From an uncultured Actinomycetes bacterium (GTDB taxonomy: Bacteria > Actinomycetota > Actinomycetes > Streptosporangiales > Streptosporangiaceae): a stretch of 64,000 bases of DNA. Every line of letters starts with the position of its first letter. The stretch's first letter is position 1. Shown one piece after another: positions 34,705 to 45,083 of this stretch. The notes under the pieces were generated by a model. That model was not told the origin of the DNA. It ran no database searches and was given only the letters and a program-made list of their open reading frames with translations. The position numbers were made by a program, and so were the translations under genes. The stretch lies in contig CAWKOA010000031.1 in assembly GCA_963851025.1 (NCBI GenBank), forward strand, positions 19,374-83,373. Reading direction: 5' to 3'.

Positions 34705-35591
34705 CCGCCGTCATAGAAACCGGAGGGCTGGGCAAGCGGTACCGGCGGCTGTGGGCGCTGTCAGACTGCACGCTGTCGGTCCCGGCCGGACACGTGGTGG
34801 GCCTGGTCGGGCCGAACGGGGCCGGGAAGACGACCCTGCTGGGCCTGGCCACCGGGATGCTGGCGCCCACCGCCGGCACCATCGAAGTGCTCGGCGGCCG
34901 ACCCGGAGCCGGCCCGGCGCAGCTGGCCCGGGTCGGGTACCTGGCCCAGGACGCGCCGGTCTACGCCGGGCTGCCGGTCGGCGACCACCTGAAGCTGGGC
35001 AAGCACCTTAACCCGGGCTGGGACGCAGCGCTGGCAGGAGCCCGGATCAAGCGGCTTGACCTGGACCCGGGGCAGAAGGCCGGGACGTTGTCCGGGGGGC
35101 AACGCGCCCAGCTCGCGCTGACCCTGGCTGTCGCGAAACGGCCCGAGCTGCTGATCCTGGACGAGCCGGTGGCCAGCCTGGACCCGCTGGCCCGGCGGGA
35201 GTTCTTGCAGGACCTGATGGAATCCGTCGCCGAGCATGGCCTGTCGGTGGTGCTGTCCTCCCACCTGGTCGCCGACCTGGAACGGGTCTGCGACTACCTG
35301 ATCGTGCTGGTCGGCTCCCGGGTCCAGATCGCCGGGCCGGTTGAGGAACTGCTGGCCACTCACCACCTGCTGTCCGGTCCGCGCCGCGATCCCGGCAGCC
35401 TCCCGGACGGCATGCGGGTCATCTCGGCCAGCCACACCGACGTGCAGAGCACGCTGCTGGTGCGGACCAGCGGGCCGGTGCTCGACCCGGCCTGGATGGT
35501 GTCCGAGGTGGGCCTGGAGGACCTGGTGCTGGCCTACATGAGCCAGGCCGCCGGACGCGGCCGCCGCAACCACCTGGAGGTGCAGAGATGA
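34701..35591 (+). CDS. ABC transporter ATP-binding protein
   Basis: LVGPNGAGKTTLL, LSGGQRAQLALTLA, LLILDEPVASLDP. GTGA overlap with the GntR gene. Confidence 0.9.
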   Translation: MTAVIETGGLGKRYRRLWALSDCTLSVPAGHVVGLVGPNGAGKTTLLGLATGMLAPTAGTIEVLGGRPGAGPAQLARVGYLAQDAPVYAGLPVGDHLKLGKHLNPGWDAALAGARIKRLDLDPGQKAGTLSGGQRAQLALTLAVAKRPELLILDEPVASLDPLARREFLQDLMESVAEHGLSVVLSSHLVADLERVCDYLIVLVGSRVQIAGPVEELLATHHLLSGPRRDPGSLPDGMRVISASHTDVQSTLLVRTSGPVLDPAWMVSEVGLEDLVLAYMSQAAGRGRRNHLEVQR

Positions 35592-36644
35592 CGTGGCTGA
35601 CCTGGCGGCAGTTCCGCGTCCAGGCTTTCACCGCGGCCGCGGCGCTGGCCGCGTTCGCGGTCCTGCTCGCGGCCACCGGGCCGCACCTGGCCAGCCTGTA
35701 CGCCGCCAGCGGCATCCGCGGCTGCCAGCCCGCCAGCTGCGGGCACCTGGCCAGCAACTTCCTCCAGCAGCTCTACGCGGCCGGCACGTACTGGGTGCTG
35801 TACCTGCTCGGCGTCGTGATCATCCTCCTGACGGCCGCTGTCATCGGCCTGTTCTGGGGCGCGCCGCTGATCGCCCGCGAGCTGGAGACCGGGACCTCCG
35901 CCCTGGCCTGGAACCAGTCCATCACCCGGACCCGGTGGCTGGCGGTCAAGCTCACCCTCACCGGCCTGGCCGCCATGGCTGTCACCGAGGGACTGAGCCT
36001 GATGCAGGCCTGGTGGGCGGCACCGATCGGCCGGGCCGTCGGCCACGGCGGTGGCGGCACCAACCTCGCCATGGGCCGGTTCAGCTCGCTGGTCTTCGCC
36101 ACCCACGGCATCACCCCGCTCGGCTACGCCGCGTTCGCGTTCGCCCTCGGCGTCACCGCCGGGGCGCTGATCCGGCGCACCGTCCCGGCCATGGCCATCA
36201 CCCTGGCCATCTTCGCCATTATCCAGATCGCCATGCCGCTGTGGATCCGCCCGAACCTGTTCCCGGCCCGCCACACGGTCATCTCGGTCGCCTCGCTGGA
36301 CAGCATCATCGCTCCAGCAAGGCGGCCTGAACGGCAGCCAATTTAACCTCGGCACCGAGGACCTCCCCGGCCAGCCCGGCGCCTGGCTCCTGTCCAGCGG
36401 AGCCGTCAACGCCGCAGGGCAGGCAACCAGCACCACCCCGGCCGCCTGCACCACGCAGCCGATGCGGAACAACACCCCTGCGTTCATGGACTGCCTGGCC
36501 AGCCACGGCACCCGGGAGGCCATCAGCTACCAGCCCGCCAGCCGCTACTGGTCCTTCCAGTGGACCGAGACCGCGATCTACCTCGCCCTGGCCCTGGCCC
36601 TGGCCGGGTCCTGCTTCTGGCGGCTCACCCGCCGCCTCACCTGA
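35588..36644 (+). pseudogene. ABC-2-type permease; frame break at about 36305-36320
   Basis: MTWLTWRQFRVQAFTAAAALAAF...ARELETGTSALAWNQSITRTRWLAVKL...SLDSIIA, then QQGGLNGSQFNLGTEDLPG...YWSFQWTETAIYLALALALAGSCFWRLTRRLT in a second frame. Confidence 0.75.
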
Positions 36645-36835
36645 CGGACCGCGCAACTACCTGGCCGCCGGTATGAAACGTTGCGACCTGCGGCCTGTGC
36701 CTGGAACGCTCCATGAGTCCGGCTACCCCGGGACAATCGATGACACCGTGCCCGCCGAGGTTGAGCACGTGCTCGCGCCAGTCAGCCGGTGACCATCGGC
36801 TGATGCACGTGCCGTTCGTGGCCGATACTCGAGTC

Positions 36836-37519
36836 ATGCGAGTGCTGGTGGTGGACGATGACCCCGGGGTGCGGACGTCAGTGGCAGCCGCGCTGCGCCG
36901 CGACGGCTGTTCAGTCGAATTAGCCTGCGACGGCACCGAGGCTCTTGGCCGGCTGGCCTCGGGGAAGTTCGACTCCGTCGTGCTGGATGTGCTGATGCCC
37001 GGGCTGGACGGGCTGGCGGCGTGCCGGCAGTTGCGGGCCCGGGGTGATCTCACCCCGATTCTGATGCTCACCGCGCGCAATCTGGTGGCCGACCGGGTCG
37101 ACGGGCTGGACGCCGGGGCCGACGACTATCTGGTCAAGCCGTTCGCAGTTGACGAACTACGGGCCCGGCTGCGGGCCCTGGCGCGGCGCCACGCCGCCTC
37201 CTGGGTCCCGGCGGGCCGCCCGCTGAGCCTCGCGGACCTGCGGCTGGACCCCGCCACTCGTGAGGTACGCCGCGGGACCCGGCCGATCGACCTGACCAGG
37301 ACCGAGTTCGCGCTGCTCGAACTCTTCCTGGCCCATCCAGGGCAGGTCCTGACCCGCGCCGTCATCTACGAGCAGATCTGGGGTTACGACTTCGGCCCGC
37401 AGTCCAACGCCCTGTGGGTCTACGTTTCCTACCTGCGCCGCAAGCTGGAGGCCGGCGGGGAGCCGCGCCTGCTGCACAATGTGCGCGGGGTCGGCTATGT
37501 CCTGCGGGAGGACGGATGA
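36836..37519 (+). CDS. OmpR/PhoB-family response regulator
   Basis: MRVLVVDDDPGVR...VVLDVLMPGLDG...LMLTAR...DDYLVKPF...LTRTEFALLELF...VYVSYLRRKL...VRGVGYVL. Confidence 0.9.
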   Translation: MRVLVVDDDPGVRTSVAAALRRDGCSVELACDGTEALGRLASGKFDSVVLDVLMPGLDGLAACRQLRARGDLTPILMLTARNLVADRVDGLDAGADDYLVKPFAVDELRARLRALARRHAASWVPAGRPLSLADLRLDPATREVRRGTRPIDLTRTEFALLELFLAHPGQVLTRAVIYEQIWGYDFGPQSNALWVYVSYLRRKLEAGGEPRLLHNVRGVGYVLREDG

Positions 37520-38955
37520 GCCTGCGCGCCCGCCTCGCGCTGCTGTGTGCCTGCGCGCTCGCGATCGCGCTCGGGGCCGCAGGCATGGCCGCCTACACCG
37601 CTGAACGGGACGCGCTGGGCCAGGAACTCGACGCCCTGCTGCGGGCCCGGGCCCAGCAGGTCACTCCCGGGACGGTGCAAGACATCCTGGCGGCCAGCGA
37701 TCTGCTGCCCAAGCAGCACGGCCGGCTGGCCGCGCATCCGGGCCGCCTGGGTTCGCCCGCAGCGGCGACCGTGGTGAGCCCGGCTCAGCTTGAGCTTGTC
37801 ACGTCCCGCGGCCAGCACGCGGTAGCGACGCCGTCTGGCCCGGCGGCAGCCGTCCCCGCCAGCGCGGTCGTGCGCGAGATCGCGGCGGGACGGCATCCGG
37901 CCGCCTTCCGCACGGTCGTCCTGGCGGGCGTGCCGACGAGGGTGTATGCCTTCCCGGCCGCGGCCGGAGTGGCCGGGCAGGTCGCGGCGCCACTGACCCA
38001 GGTCGAGGCGTCCCTGGATGAGCTGCGCATCAGGCTCGCCGGGCTGGCCGGCGTGACCCTGCTGCTGGTCGTGCTGCTCGGTGCCGGAGTGGCCCGCCAG
38101 GCCCTTCGGCCGGTCGCCGCGCTGACCACCGCCACCGAGCGGGTGATGCGGACCGGTGACCTGCGCCAGCGGGTCGCGGTGGCCAGCCGTGGCCGGGACG
38201 AGGTCGGCCGCCTCGCGGTGAGCGTGAACACGATGCTCAGCGCGCTGGAGCGGTCCGTCGCCGCGCAGCGCCAGCTCGTCGCGGACGCTTCGCATGAGCT
38301 GCGTACCCCGCTCACCAGCCTCAGCGCGAACCTGCAGCTCCTGGACGAGCCGGGCGGCCTGGCGGCGGACGACGCGGCCGATCTCGTCGCCCAGGCCCGC
38401 GCCCAGGCTGACGAGCTGATCGCACTGGTGAACGGGCTGGTCGAGCTGGCCCGCGGCGGCGAGGTCGAGATGCACCAGGAGGCGGTGCGCCTCGACCTGA
38501 TCACGGCCGCGGCCGCCGACCGTGTGAGCCGGGCCAGGCCACCGGTCCGCATCTGCGCACGGCTGGTGCCATGCACGGTGCAGGGAGACGCCGAGATGCT
38601 CGAGCGGGCGGTCGGGAACCTGCTCGACAACGCCATCAAGTGGAGCCCGGCTGGCGGTCAGGTCGATCTGGCCGTCAGCGGGGGCGAGGTCATGGTGTCC
38701 GACGAAGGTCCCGGGATCGCGGCCGCGGATCTGCCGTTCGTCTTCGAGCGGTTCTACCGCTCCGCGGCGGCCCGCGGGCGGCCCGGCTCCGGGCTGGGCC
38801 TGGCTATCGTCCGGCAGATCGCGGAGCTGCACGGCGGCACGGCGGCCGCGGAGAATTCCGCCCGGGGAGCGATCCTGCGGCTCCGGCTGCCGGTCACGGG
38901 TACCGCGCCGGCCCCAGCGGGCGAACCTGGCGCCGCGAGACCGCCCCGCGGGTGA
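37516..38955 (+). CDS. Sensor histidine kinase (HAMP-HisKA-HATPase_c)
   Basis: QRQLVADASHELRTPLTSL (H-box), NLLDNAIKWSP, DEGPGI, GSGLGLAIVRQIAELHGG. ATGA overlap with the response regulator. Confidence 0.9.
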   Translation: MSLRARLALLCACALAIALGAAGMAAYTAERDALGQELDALLRARAQQVTPGTVQDILAASDLLPKQHGRLAAHPGRLGSPAAATVVSPAQLELVTSRGQHAVATPSGPAAAVPASAVVREIAAGRHPAAFRTVVLAGVPTRVYAFPAAAGVAGQVAAPLTQVEASLDELRIRLAGLAGVTLLLVVLLGAGVARQALRPVAALTTATERVMRTGDLRQRVAVASRGRDEVGRLAVSVNTMLSALERSVAAQRQLVADASHELRTPLTSLSANLQLLDEPGGLAADDAADLVAQARAQADELIALVNGLVELARGGEVEMHQEAVRLDLITAAAADRVSRARPPVRICARLVPCTVQGDAEMLERAVGNLLDNAIKWSPAGGQVDLAVSGGEVMVSDEGPGIAAADLPFVFERFYRSAAARGRPGSGLGLAIVRQIAELHGGTAAAENSARGAILRLRLPVTGTAPAPAGEPGAARPPRG

Positions 38956-38966
38956 CCGCCCGCGGG
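38945..38966. terminator. Hairpin formed by two self-complementary CCCGCGGG octamers between convergent genes
   Basis: cCCCGCGGGtgaccgCCCGCGGGtt spans the histidine kinase stop (38953-38955) and ends 1 nt before the convergent hydrolase stop. No U-tract. Confidence 0.3.
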
Positions 38967-40410
38967 TTACCTGGCCCGGAGCCCGATCATCGCCGCGAGC
39001 CGGTCGGTGATCGTCCGCACATCGCTCGACTCGAGGTTAGCCAGCACGATGACCTGCGCGCCGGCCCGCGGGAAGACCGAGTTCTGCGTGGCGAAGCCGT
39101 TGATCAGGCCGTCATGGTCATATTCGGCCCCGCCGCGGTCGATGAACCACCCGTACCCGTAGCTGCCCTCGGCGGGCTGGCCGGCCACGACAGCCACCCG
39201 CGGCCGGAACATCTGGCGCAGCGTCGCAGGCCGGAGCAGCTGGGGGGCGCCGGTCAGCAGGGCGTCATCCCACCGGGACAGGTCGTCGACGGTCGAGTAG
39301 AGCGCGCCTGCCGCGTACGGGACCGACATATCGAGGTAAGGCGCGGGCTGGCCGTTGCTCACGTATCCGATCGCATGCGCGGGCGGCGACGGGTGGCTGC
39401 TGTCGTATCCGGTGTTCCGCAGACCCAGCGGCGCGAACACGTGCCGGGCCAGGAACGTGGGATAGCCCAGGCCGGACACCCGGGCTATGGTCATGCCGAG
39501 CAGGACGTATCCGGTATTCGAGTAGCGCCACCGCGTCCCTGCCGGGAAGAGCAGCGGACGGCCGGCCACCAGCGCGGCGAGCTGGGCGGGCGTGGTGCGC
39601 TGCCGGCTGCAGCCGGCCGTAGCCAGGCAAGGTCGTGTAGTCCGGGATCCCGGACGTGTTGGTCAGCAGTTCCGCCAGCGTTACCGGCCGCCAGGCCGCG
39701 GGGCAGCGGCCGAGGAACCGGCACAGCCGGTCGGCGACGTTAAGGCGGCCCTCGTCCTGGAGCTGGAGGACAGCCATCGCCGTGAACTGCTTGGTCAGCG
39801 ACGCGATGCGGAATCTGGTCGAGGGCGTGTTCGGCTCGTGGCGGGCCTGGTCAGCCAGGCCGAAACCGGCGCGCAGCAGCACCCGCCCATGCTCGGCGAT
39901 CAGTACGGCCCCGCTGAACTGGTGCGCGGCCACCAGGCCGCCGAGGTAGCGCCGGGCGGTCGCGGCGACGCCGCCGGAGCCGCCAGCCTGGCCAGGAGCG
40001 GGGGTTGCGGCCGGACCGGATACCTGATGAGGACCGCCCTGCTGCTTGGCCAGCACACGGAAGTGATCGCAGGCCCGGTAGGCGGCGTTCGTGGCCGGGT
40101 CCCGCGGCGGATAGTGGACGATCAGCCGCCCGGGCCGCCATGCGGCCGGCTCCGGCATCTGCACACCGTGCCGGCGCATGCACCGGGTGAAGGCGAGCAA
40201 GGCCGGCCGCGCCCCCTGCGGCGGATGGTTGACCGAAAACCCAGTCGGCGCCGCGGCCGGTCCCGCACCCCGTGGCGCCGCACCGCAGCCCGCCACGCCC
40301 AGCACCACCGCGCAGGCCGACACCGCGCCGGCCAGTACCGCCACGCGCCTGGCTCTCACCCGGGACCTCCTCACGCCGCCGCGGCCCTGAGCGGCCACAG
40401 GGAGAGTCAA
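38967..40410 (-). pseudogene. Serine hydrolase / beta-lactamase-family lipoprotein with an extra N-terminal domain; 1-bp insertion near 39604
   Basis: Lipobox LGVAGCG. SxxK motif FRIASLTKQFTAMAV...IPDYTTLPGYG, then QRTTPAQLAALVAGRPLLFPAGTRWRYSNTGYVLLG...GYGWF in ORF 38967..39569. Confidence 0.8.
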
Positions 40411-40472
40411 CCGGGCATCCCTTAAAGCGGCCTTTGACCGGCCGCGAATTCGCCTTTCAGGTTCGGCCCGGG

Positions 40473-41159
40473 TCAGAAGCCGTGCAGCTCCGGGTGGTCA
40501 TCGCGCCACCACAGCAGCACCACCCGGCCGACGATGCTGCTGCCCTGGATCGGGCCCCAGTAACGGCTGTCACACGAGTCCTGCCGGTTGTCGCCCATCA
40601 TGTAGAACTCCCCGCGCGGCACGCGGAAGGGATCCTTCCGGGTGGCACCGGGGATCGGGGGCCCGAGCGGGTCTATGCGGGGCAGGTACGGTTCGGCCAG
40701 CCGCCGGCCGTCCACGTAGATGGTGCCGCCCGCCGAATAGATGGTCTGCCCGGGGAGGGCGATGACGCGTTTGACGAGGTCGTCATCGGCGGGGCCGCCG
40801 CACTGGTCGCGTGGTGGCCGGGTGAACACCACGATGTCGCCTTCGCGCAGATCGCGGGAGTTGAAGAAGGCCTTCAGCACCAGGATCCGGTCCCCACGCT
40901 GCAGCGTCGGCACCATTGATGTGCTCGGAATGGAGAAGGGCTGGGCCACGAATTCCTGCATGCCTGCGGCGAGCAGCACGGCGGCCACGATGGCCGCGGC
41001 CATCTCCGCCAGGGCGCGGCGGCGCCGGGCGGCCGGCGGCCCGGCCGCGGGCTCGCTTCCGGGCCTGCCCGTCCCGGGCGGCCCAGGCGGCCCGGCCGCC
41101 CCCGCTGGCCCGGCCGGGCCAGGCCGGTCAGCAGTGCCCGGCATGGCCGTCCGCACCAT
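40473..41159 (-). CDS. lepB: Signal peptidase I
   Basis: PFSIPSTSMVPTLQRGDRILV (catalytic Ser box), GDIVVF, VKRVIALPGQ, YMMGDNRQDSCDSRYWGP. The start was chosen at MVRTAM; the longer ORF runs to 41219. Confidence 0.85.
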   Translation of the reverse strand: MVRTAMPGTADRPGPAGPAGAAGPPGPPGTGRPGSEPAAGPPAARRRRALAEMAAAIVAAVLLAAGMQEFVAQPFSIPSTSMVPTLQRGDRILVLKAFFNSRDLREGDIVVFTRPPRDQCGGPADDDLVKRVIALPGQTIYSAGGTIYVDGRRLAEPYLPRIDPLGPPIPGATRKDPFRVPRGEFYMMGDNRQDSCDSRYWGPIQGSSIVGRVVLLWWRDDHPELHGF

Positions 41160-41719
41160 CGTGGCCCGCCGGGCGGGCCGCGGTAACCCGGATGGAGATG
41201 GAGCCCGGGCCAAGGGCACGCCCGCCGGCCACGTAGGACGAACCGCTGGGCCCGGCGTCCCCGTCTGCCCGGCCAGCGGTGGTGACCCAGGTGATCTTCA
41301 CGTGCAGGGCCTCAAGCGCGGGAAGCGCCTTCGTTACCGTGGCGCCGAGCAGGTCCCCGCACCCCAGCAGCCTGGCGAGTCGCCCGGCTGTGTCATCCCG
41401 GCGGGTGATGCGGGCCTGGGCTGAGCTGGCCGCGCTGGCCGGGACGGATGCCGACAGCACGGCCAGCGCCACCCCCAGCGAACTAGCCGCGGCCAGCACG
41501 GCCGCCGCCGCGGCCGCGAACCGGCGGCCCGGCCCCGGGGTCAGCCGCTCCCGGGCCGCGCCCTTCAGGTAGCTCCACGCGATCGAGCGCGCTGGCACGC
41601 CGTCCCGCATCAGCAGCACGGCCACCTCGGCGGCTTCATCGCCGTGCCGCCTGCGCCACCGCCGCGAATAGCAGCGCAGCACCGCGGCGACCAGGCCAGC
41701 CGGCTGTGGCCCCGGCATC
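41128..41719 (-). CDS. PadR-associated membrane protein (permease-prefix-like N-terminus)
   Basis: VLRCYSRRWRRRHGDEAAEVAVLLMRDG is typical of proteins encoded after PadR genes. One central TM helix. TGATG overlap with the PadR stop. Confidence 0.55.
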
Positions 41720-42068
41720 AGATTCCACCGAGCCGCAGGCGCAGCCGGCCGACCGCGCTGACCCGTTCGAGTGAATCGAGATGTGCGCGAAGAGCCGCCG
41801 CTCCGGGCGCTGTGATCCGGTACGGCTGACGCCGGTCCTCGCTGGCCAGCGGCTCGATCAGGCCCAGGCGCTCGAGCCGGTCCAGCGCCCCGTACAGCGT
41901 CCCGGGTCCCAGTTGCAGCCCCGCGAACCCCTTGATGTCCTGGATCAGCGCGTAACCGTGCTTCGGGCCGTCGGCCAGGCTGGTGAGTATCAGGACCGAG
42001 GCGTCCCCGGCCCGGCGCAGGACATCCTGGCCGGCTGGGTCTTCGCGGTTCCCCTGGGCTGAAACCAT
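41718..42068 (-). CDS. PadR-family transcriptional regulator
   Basis: LILTSLADGPKHGYALIQDIKGFAGLQLGPGTLYGALDRLERLGLIE...RRQPYRITAPG. Confidence 0.85.
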   Translation of the reverse strand: MVSAQGNREDPAGQDVLRRAGDASVLILTSLADGPKHGYALIQDIKGFAGLQLGPGTLYGALDRLERLGLIEPLASEDRRQPYRITAPGAAALRAHLDSLERVSAVGRLRLRLGGI

Positions 42069-42266
42069 GCAGCGCTCCTAGTACGGCTATCGATCTATCA
42101 GTCAACGTACTAGAGGCGGGGCGCGCCCGCCACCATGAGGGCGAATCCGGCCGGTCACGCGGCGAAGCGCGCCAGTGGGCACCGCCCCGCGATTAAGCAA
42201 TCACGGAGCATAAAGCGATCGGTTCTAGCTGTTGGACAGGAGAACCGGCCTCGCCGAGCATGGGGG

Positions 42267-43281
42267 CATGAGCGAGACACTGACGCAGGTTCCTTTCGGG
42301 CAGACAGACATGACCATCACCCGGGCCGGCTTCGGCGCCTGGGCGATCGGCGGCGGGGGCTGGGCCTTCGCCTGGGGTGACCAGGAAGACGACGACTCGG
42401 TGGCCGCGATCCGGCACGCGGTCGAGTCCGGGATCAACTGGGTCGACACCGCCGCCGTGTACGGCCTGGGTCACTCGGAGGAGGTCGTGGCGCGGGCCCT
42501 GCGGGACCTGCCCGCCGCGGACCGCCCGTACGTCTTCACCAAGGGCGGCCTGGTGTGGGACGAGTCCGACCGGTCGAAGGCGCCCCGCCGGGTGGGCAGC
42601 CCGGCCAGCCTGCGCCGGGAGGTGGAGGCGTCGCTGCGCCGTCTCGGGGTGGACCGCATCGACCTCTATCAGCTGCACTGGCCCGCGGAGGACGGCACGC
42701 CGCTGGAGGAGTACTGGCAGACGTTCGCGGACCTGCGGGCCGAGGGCAAGATCCGGGCCGCGGGGCTCTCGAACCACTCCGTGGCCCAGCTCACCGCGGC
42801 CGAGGCGGTGGCCCACGTGGACTCCCTGCAGCCGCAGTTCAGCCTGATCCACCGGGACGCCGCCGCTGAGCTCATCCCGTGGTGCGCGGCGCACGGTACC
42901 GGCGTCATCGTGTACAGCCCGATGGGCGCCGGCCTGCTGACCGGCGCGTTCAACCCGGAGCGGGCGGCGGGCCTGGACCAGGGTGACTGGCGCAGCCGCA
43001 GCGGCGACTTCACCGGCGACGGCCTGACCCGGAACCTGGCGCTGGTCGAGGGGCTGCGCCCGGTCGCCGACCGGCTCGGCGCCAGCCTGGGCGCGGTCGC
43101 GGTCGCCTGGACCCTGGCCTTCCCCGGGGTGAGCGGCGCGATCGTCGGCGCCCGCAGCCCGCAGCAGGTGGACGGCTGGCTGGCCGCTGCGGAACTGGTC
43201 CTGGACGACAAGGACCTGGCCGAGATCGCGGCCGCCGTGGCCAGCAGCGGCGCCGGCACTGGCCCCTCCCGCCCCGTGTAA
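42267..43281 (+). CDS. Aldo/keto reductase
   Basis: GFGAWAIGG...INWVDTAAVYGLGHSEEVV...IDLYQLHWP...GKIRAAGLSNHS...QPQFSLI...VIVYSPMGAGLLTG...IVGARSPQQV. Confidence 0.9.
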
Positions 43282-43294
43282 CCGGCCCGCAGGC

Positions 43295-43348
43295 CCCGTG
43301 ATCAGACGATTGGTGTCGCCGGAGCAACACTATTCGTCTGATCACGGG
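43295..43348. terminator. Perfect 15-bp inverted repeat (CCCGTGATCAGACGA / TCGTCTGATCACGGG) with a 24-nt loop between convergent genes
   Basis: Read directly. It starts 14 nt after the AKR stop and overlaps the last codons of the convergent TetR ORF. No U-tract, so terminator versus protein-binding site is unresolved. Confidence 0.45.
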
Positions 43349-43967
43349 CGGCCGGGGCGTCCAGCAGCGAGCAGGCCAGGGCGCGCAGCGCCGCGGCCAC
43401 CCGGCCCGGTCCGGAGGTGGCCAGCTCGGTCAGGATCGGCTCGCCGTGCAAGGCGCCCAGCAGCAGATGGGCCATCATGTCCGCGTCAGCATCCGGCCGC
43501 TGGGCCGCGATGAGCCCGCTGATGTGGCCGTGCCAGAACCAGTAGACCGGGTGCTCGTCCCGCTCCGCGGTACCGTCGTCCGCGGCGGCCGGCAGCGCCG
43601 CGGCGGACGCGGCGGAGTACGCGAGCTCGGCCATCAGGCTCTTGTTCCGGCTGACCACCTCGACGATCGCGTCCAGGAAGGCGAGCAGCCGGGCGCGGTC
43701 CGGGGCGCCCGGGCCCAGCGGCGGGGGGCCGGCCGTGACCGCCTCTTCCAGCGCCTGCGCGCGCTGCACCATGAGCGCGTACATCAGGCCCATCCGGCTG
43801 CCGAAGCGGTGGAAGACCGTCCCCTTGCCGACGCCCGCCGCCGCGGCGACCTGCTCCATGGAGATGTCCTGGGGCCGGTGGGTGGCCAGCAGCCCCTCGG
43901 TGGCGGCCAGGATCGCGCGCCGGTTGCGTGCGGCGTCGGCACGCTCGGGCGGTCCCGCACTCACCAC
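43302..43967 (-). CDS. TetR-family transcriptional regulator
   Basis: RNRRAILAATEGLLATHRPQDISMEQVAAAAGVGKGTVFHRFGSRMGLM. Confidence 0.85.
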   Translation of the reverse strand: MVSAGPPERADAARNRRAILAATEGLLATHRPQDISMEQVAAAAGVGKGTVFHRFGSRMGLMYALMVQRAQALEEAVTAGPPPLGPGAPDRARLLAFLDAIVEVVSRNKSLMAELAYSAASAAALPAAADDGTAERDEHPVYWFWHGHISGLIAAQRPDADADMMAHLLLGALHGEPILTELATSGPGRVAAALRALACSLLDAPAARDQTNSVAPATPIV

Positions 43968-43991
43968 GGCTGCCCTCTCCCGGTAGACAAG

Positions 43992-44040
43992 TGGACCAGC
44001 GGTCCAGTACGTTAGGGAACCTAAGTTGACCGCTGGTCCA
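43992..44040. promoter_or_regulatory. Two copies of a TGGACCAGCGGTC(C)A palindromic box in opposite orientation (candidate TetR operators)
   Basis: tggaccagcggtcca at 43992-44006 and tgaccgctggtcca at 44027-44040, in the divergent TetR / oxidoreductase intergenic region. Confidence 0.45.
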
Positions 44041-44088
44041 TTTTAGCCGTGGCTCCCGTCCCGGCATCCCTGTCCCAGGAGACTATTC

Positions 44089-45057
44089 ATGCGACGCGTG
44101 CGCTACCACACCCACGGCGGCCCCGAGGTGCTGGCGATCGAGGACGGCGACGTCCCCGAGCCAGGTCCCGGGCAGGTGCTGCTCCGCACCGAGGCGATCG
44201 GCGTGAACTACGTCGACGTCCAGCTCCGCCGCGAGACCTCACCGGACTCGATCTGGTTCCGCCCGCCGCCCGGCACGCTGACCGGTGACGTGGTCGGCAC
44301 GGTCGAGAAGGCCGGGCCCGGCGCCGATCCCGCCCTGGCCGGGACCCGGGTGGCGGTCCTGCTCGAGGACGCCTGCGCGGATTACGTCGTGGCCGGCACC
44401 GACTGGCTGGTCACCGTGCCCGGCGGGCTCGACGCCGGCGCGGCCAGCATGGTGCCGACCGCGGGGGCCGTGGCCCTCGGCGCGCTGCGGGCCGGGCGGC
44501 TGGCCGGCGGGGAGACCGTCCTGGTCACCGCGGGCGCGGGGGCGATCGGCCATCTCGCCATCCAGCTGGCCCGGCGGCAGGGCGCGGGCACGGTCATCGC
44601 CACCGCTTCCCCGGCCAAGCTCGGCTTCCTCAAGGAACTGGGCGCGGACGTGGCCATCGACCACACCCAGCCCGGCTGGGCCGGGCAGGTCCGGGAGGCC
44701 GCGCCCGCCGGCCTGGACCTGGTCCTGGAGGCCGTGGGCGGTGACGTGCTGCACGAGAGCCTGGGCCTGCTCGCCCCCATGGGCCGCGCGGTCGTTTTCG
44801 GTGCCTCGGCCGGAGACCTGACCAGCGTGCCGGTCACCAGCCTGTTCGCGCTGAAGACCGTCACGGGGTTCTCGCTGCTGGCCTGGCGCGCCGCCCGCCC
44901 GGAACAGGCCCGCAGCGACCTCAGCGAGCTGGCCGGCCTGTTCCAGGCGGGTGAGCTGCGGGCGGTCACGACCCGCCTGCCGCTGGCCGACGTAGCCCGG
45001 GCCCACCGGATGCTGGAGGACCGCACGGTCATCGGCCGGCTGCTGCTCGTGCCCTAG
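44089..45057 (+). CDS. Zn-independent medium-chain dehydrogenase/reductase (quinone oxidoreductase-like)
   Basis: MRRVRYHTHGGPEVLAIEDGDVPEPGPGQVLLRTEAIGVNYVD...VLVTAGAGAIGHLAIQLA...GRLLLVP. Confidence 0.9.
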   Translation: MRRVRYHTHGGPEVLAIEDGDVPEPGPGQVLLRTEAIGVNYVDVQLRRETSPDSIWFRPPPGTLTGDVVGTVEKAGPGADPALAGTRVAVLLEDACADYVVAGTDWLVTVPGGLDAGAASMVPTAGAVALGALRAGRLAGGETVLVTAGAGAIGHLAIQLARRQGAGTVIATASPAKLGFLKELGADVAIDHTQPGWAGQVREAAPAGLDLVLEAVGGDVLHESLGLLAPMGRAVVFGASAGDLTSVPVTSLFALKTVTGFSLLAWRAARPEQARSDLSELAGLFQAGELRAVTTRLPLADVARAHRMLEDRTVIGRLLLVP

Positions 45058-45083
45058 CCTGCGGCCCGGGACAGCCCGGTAGG

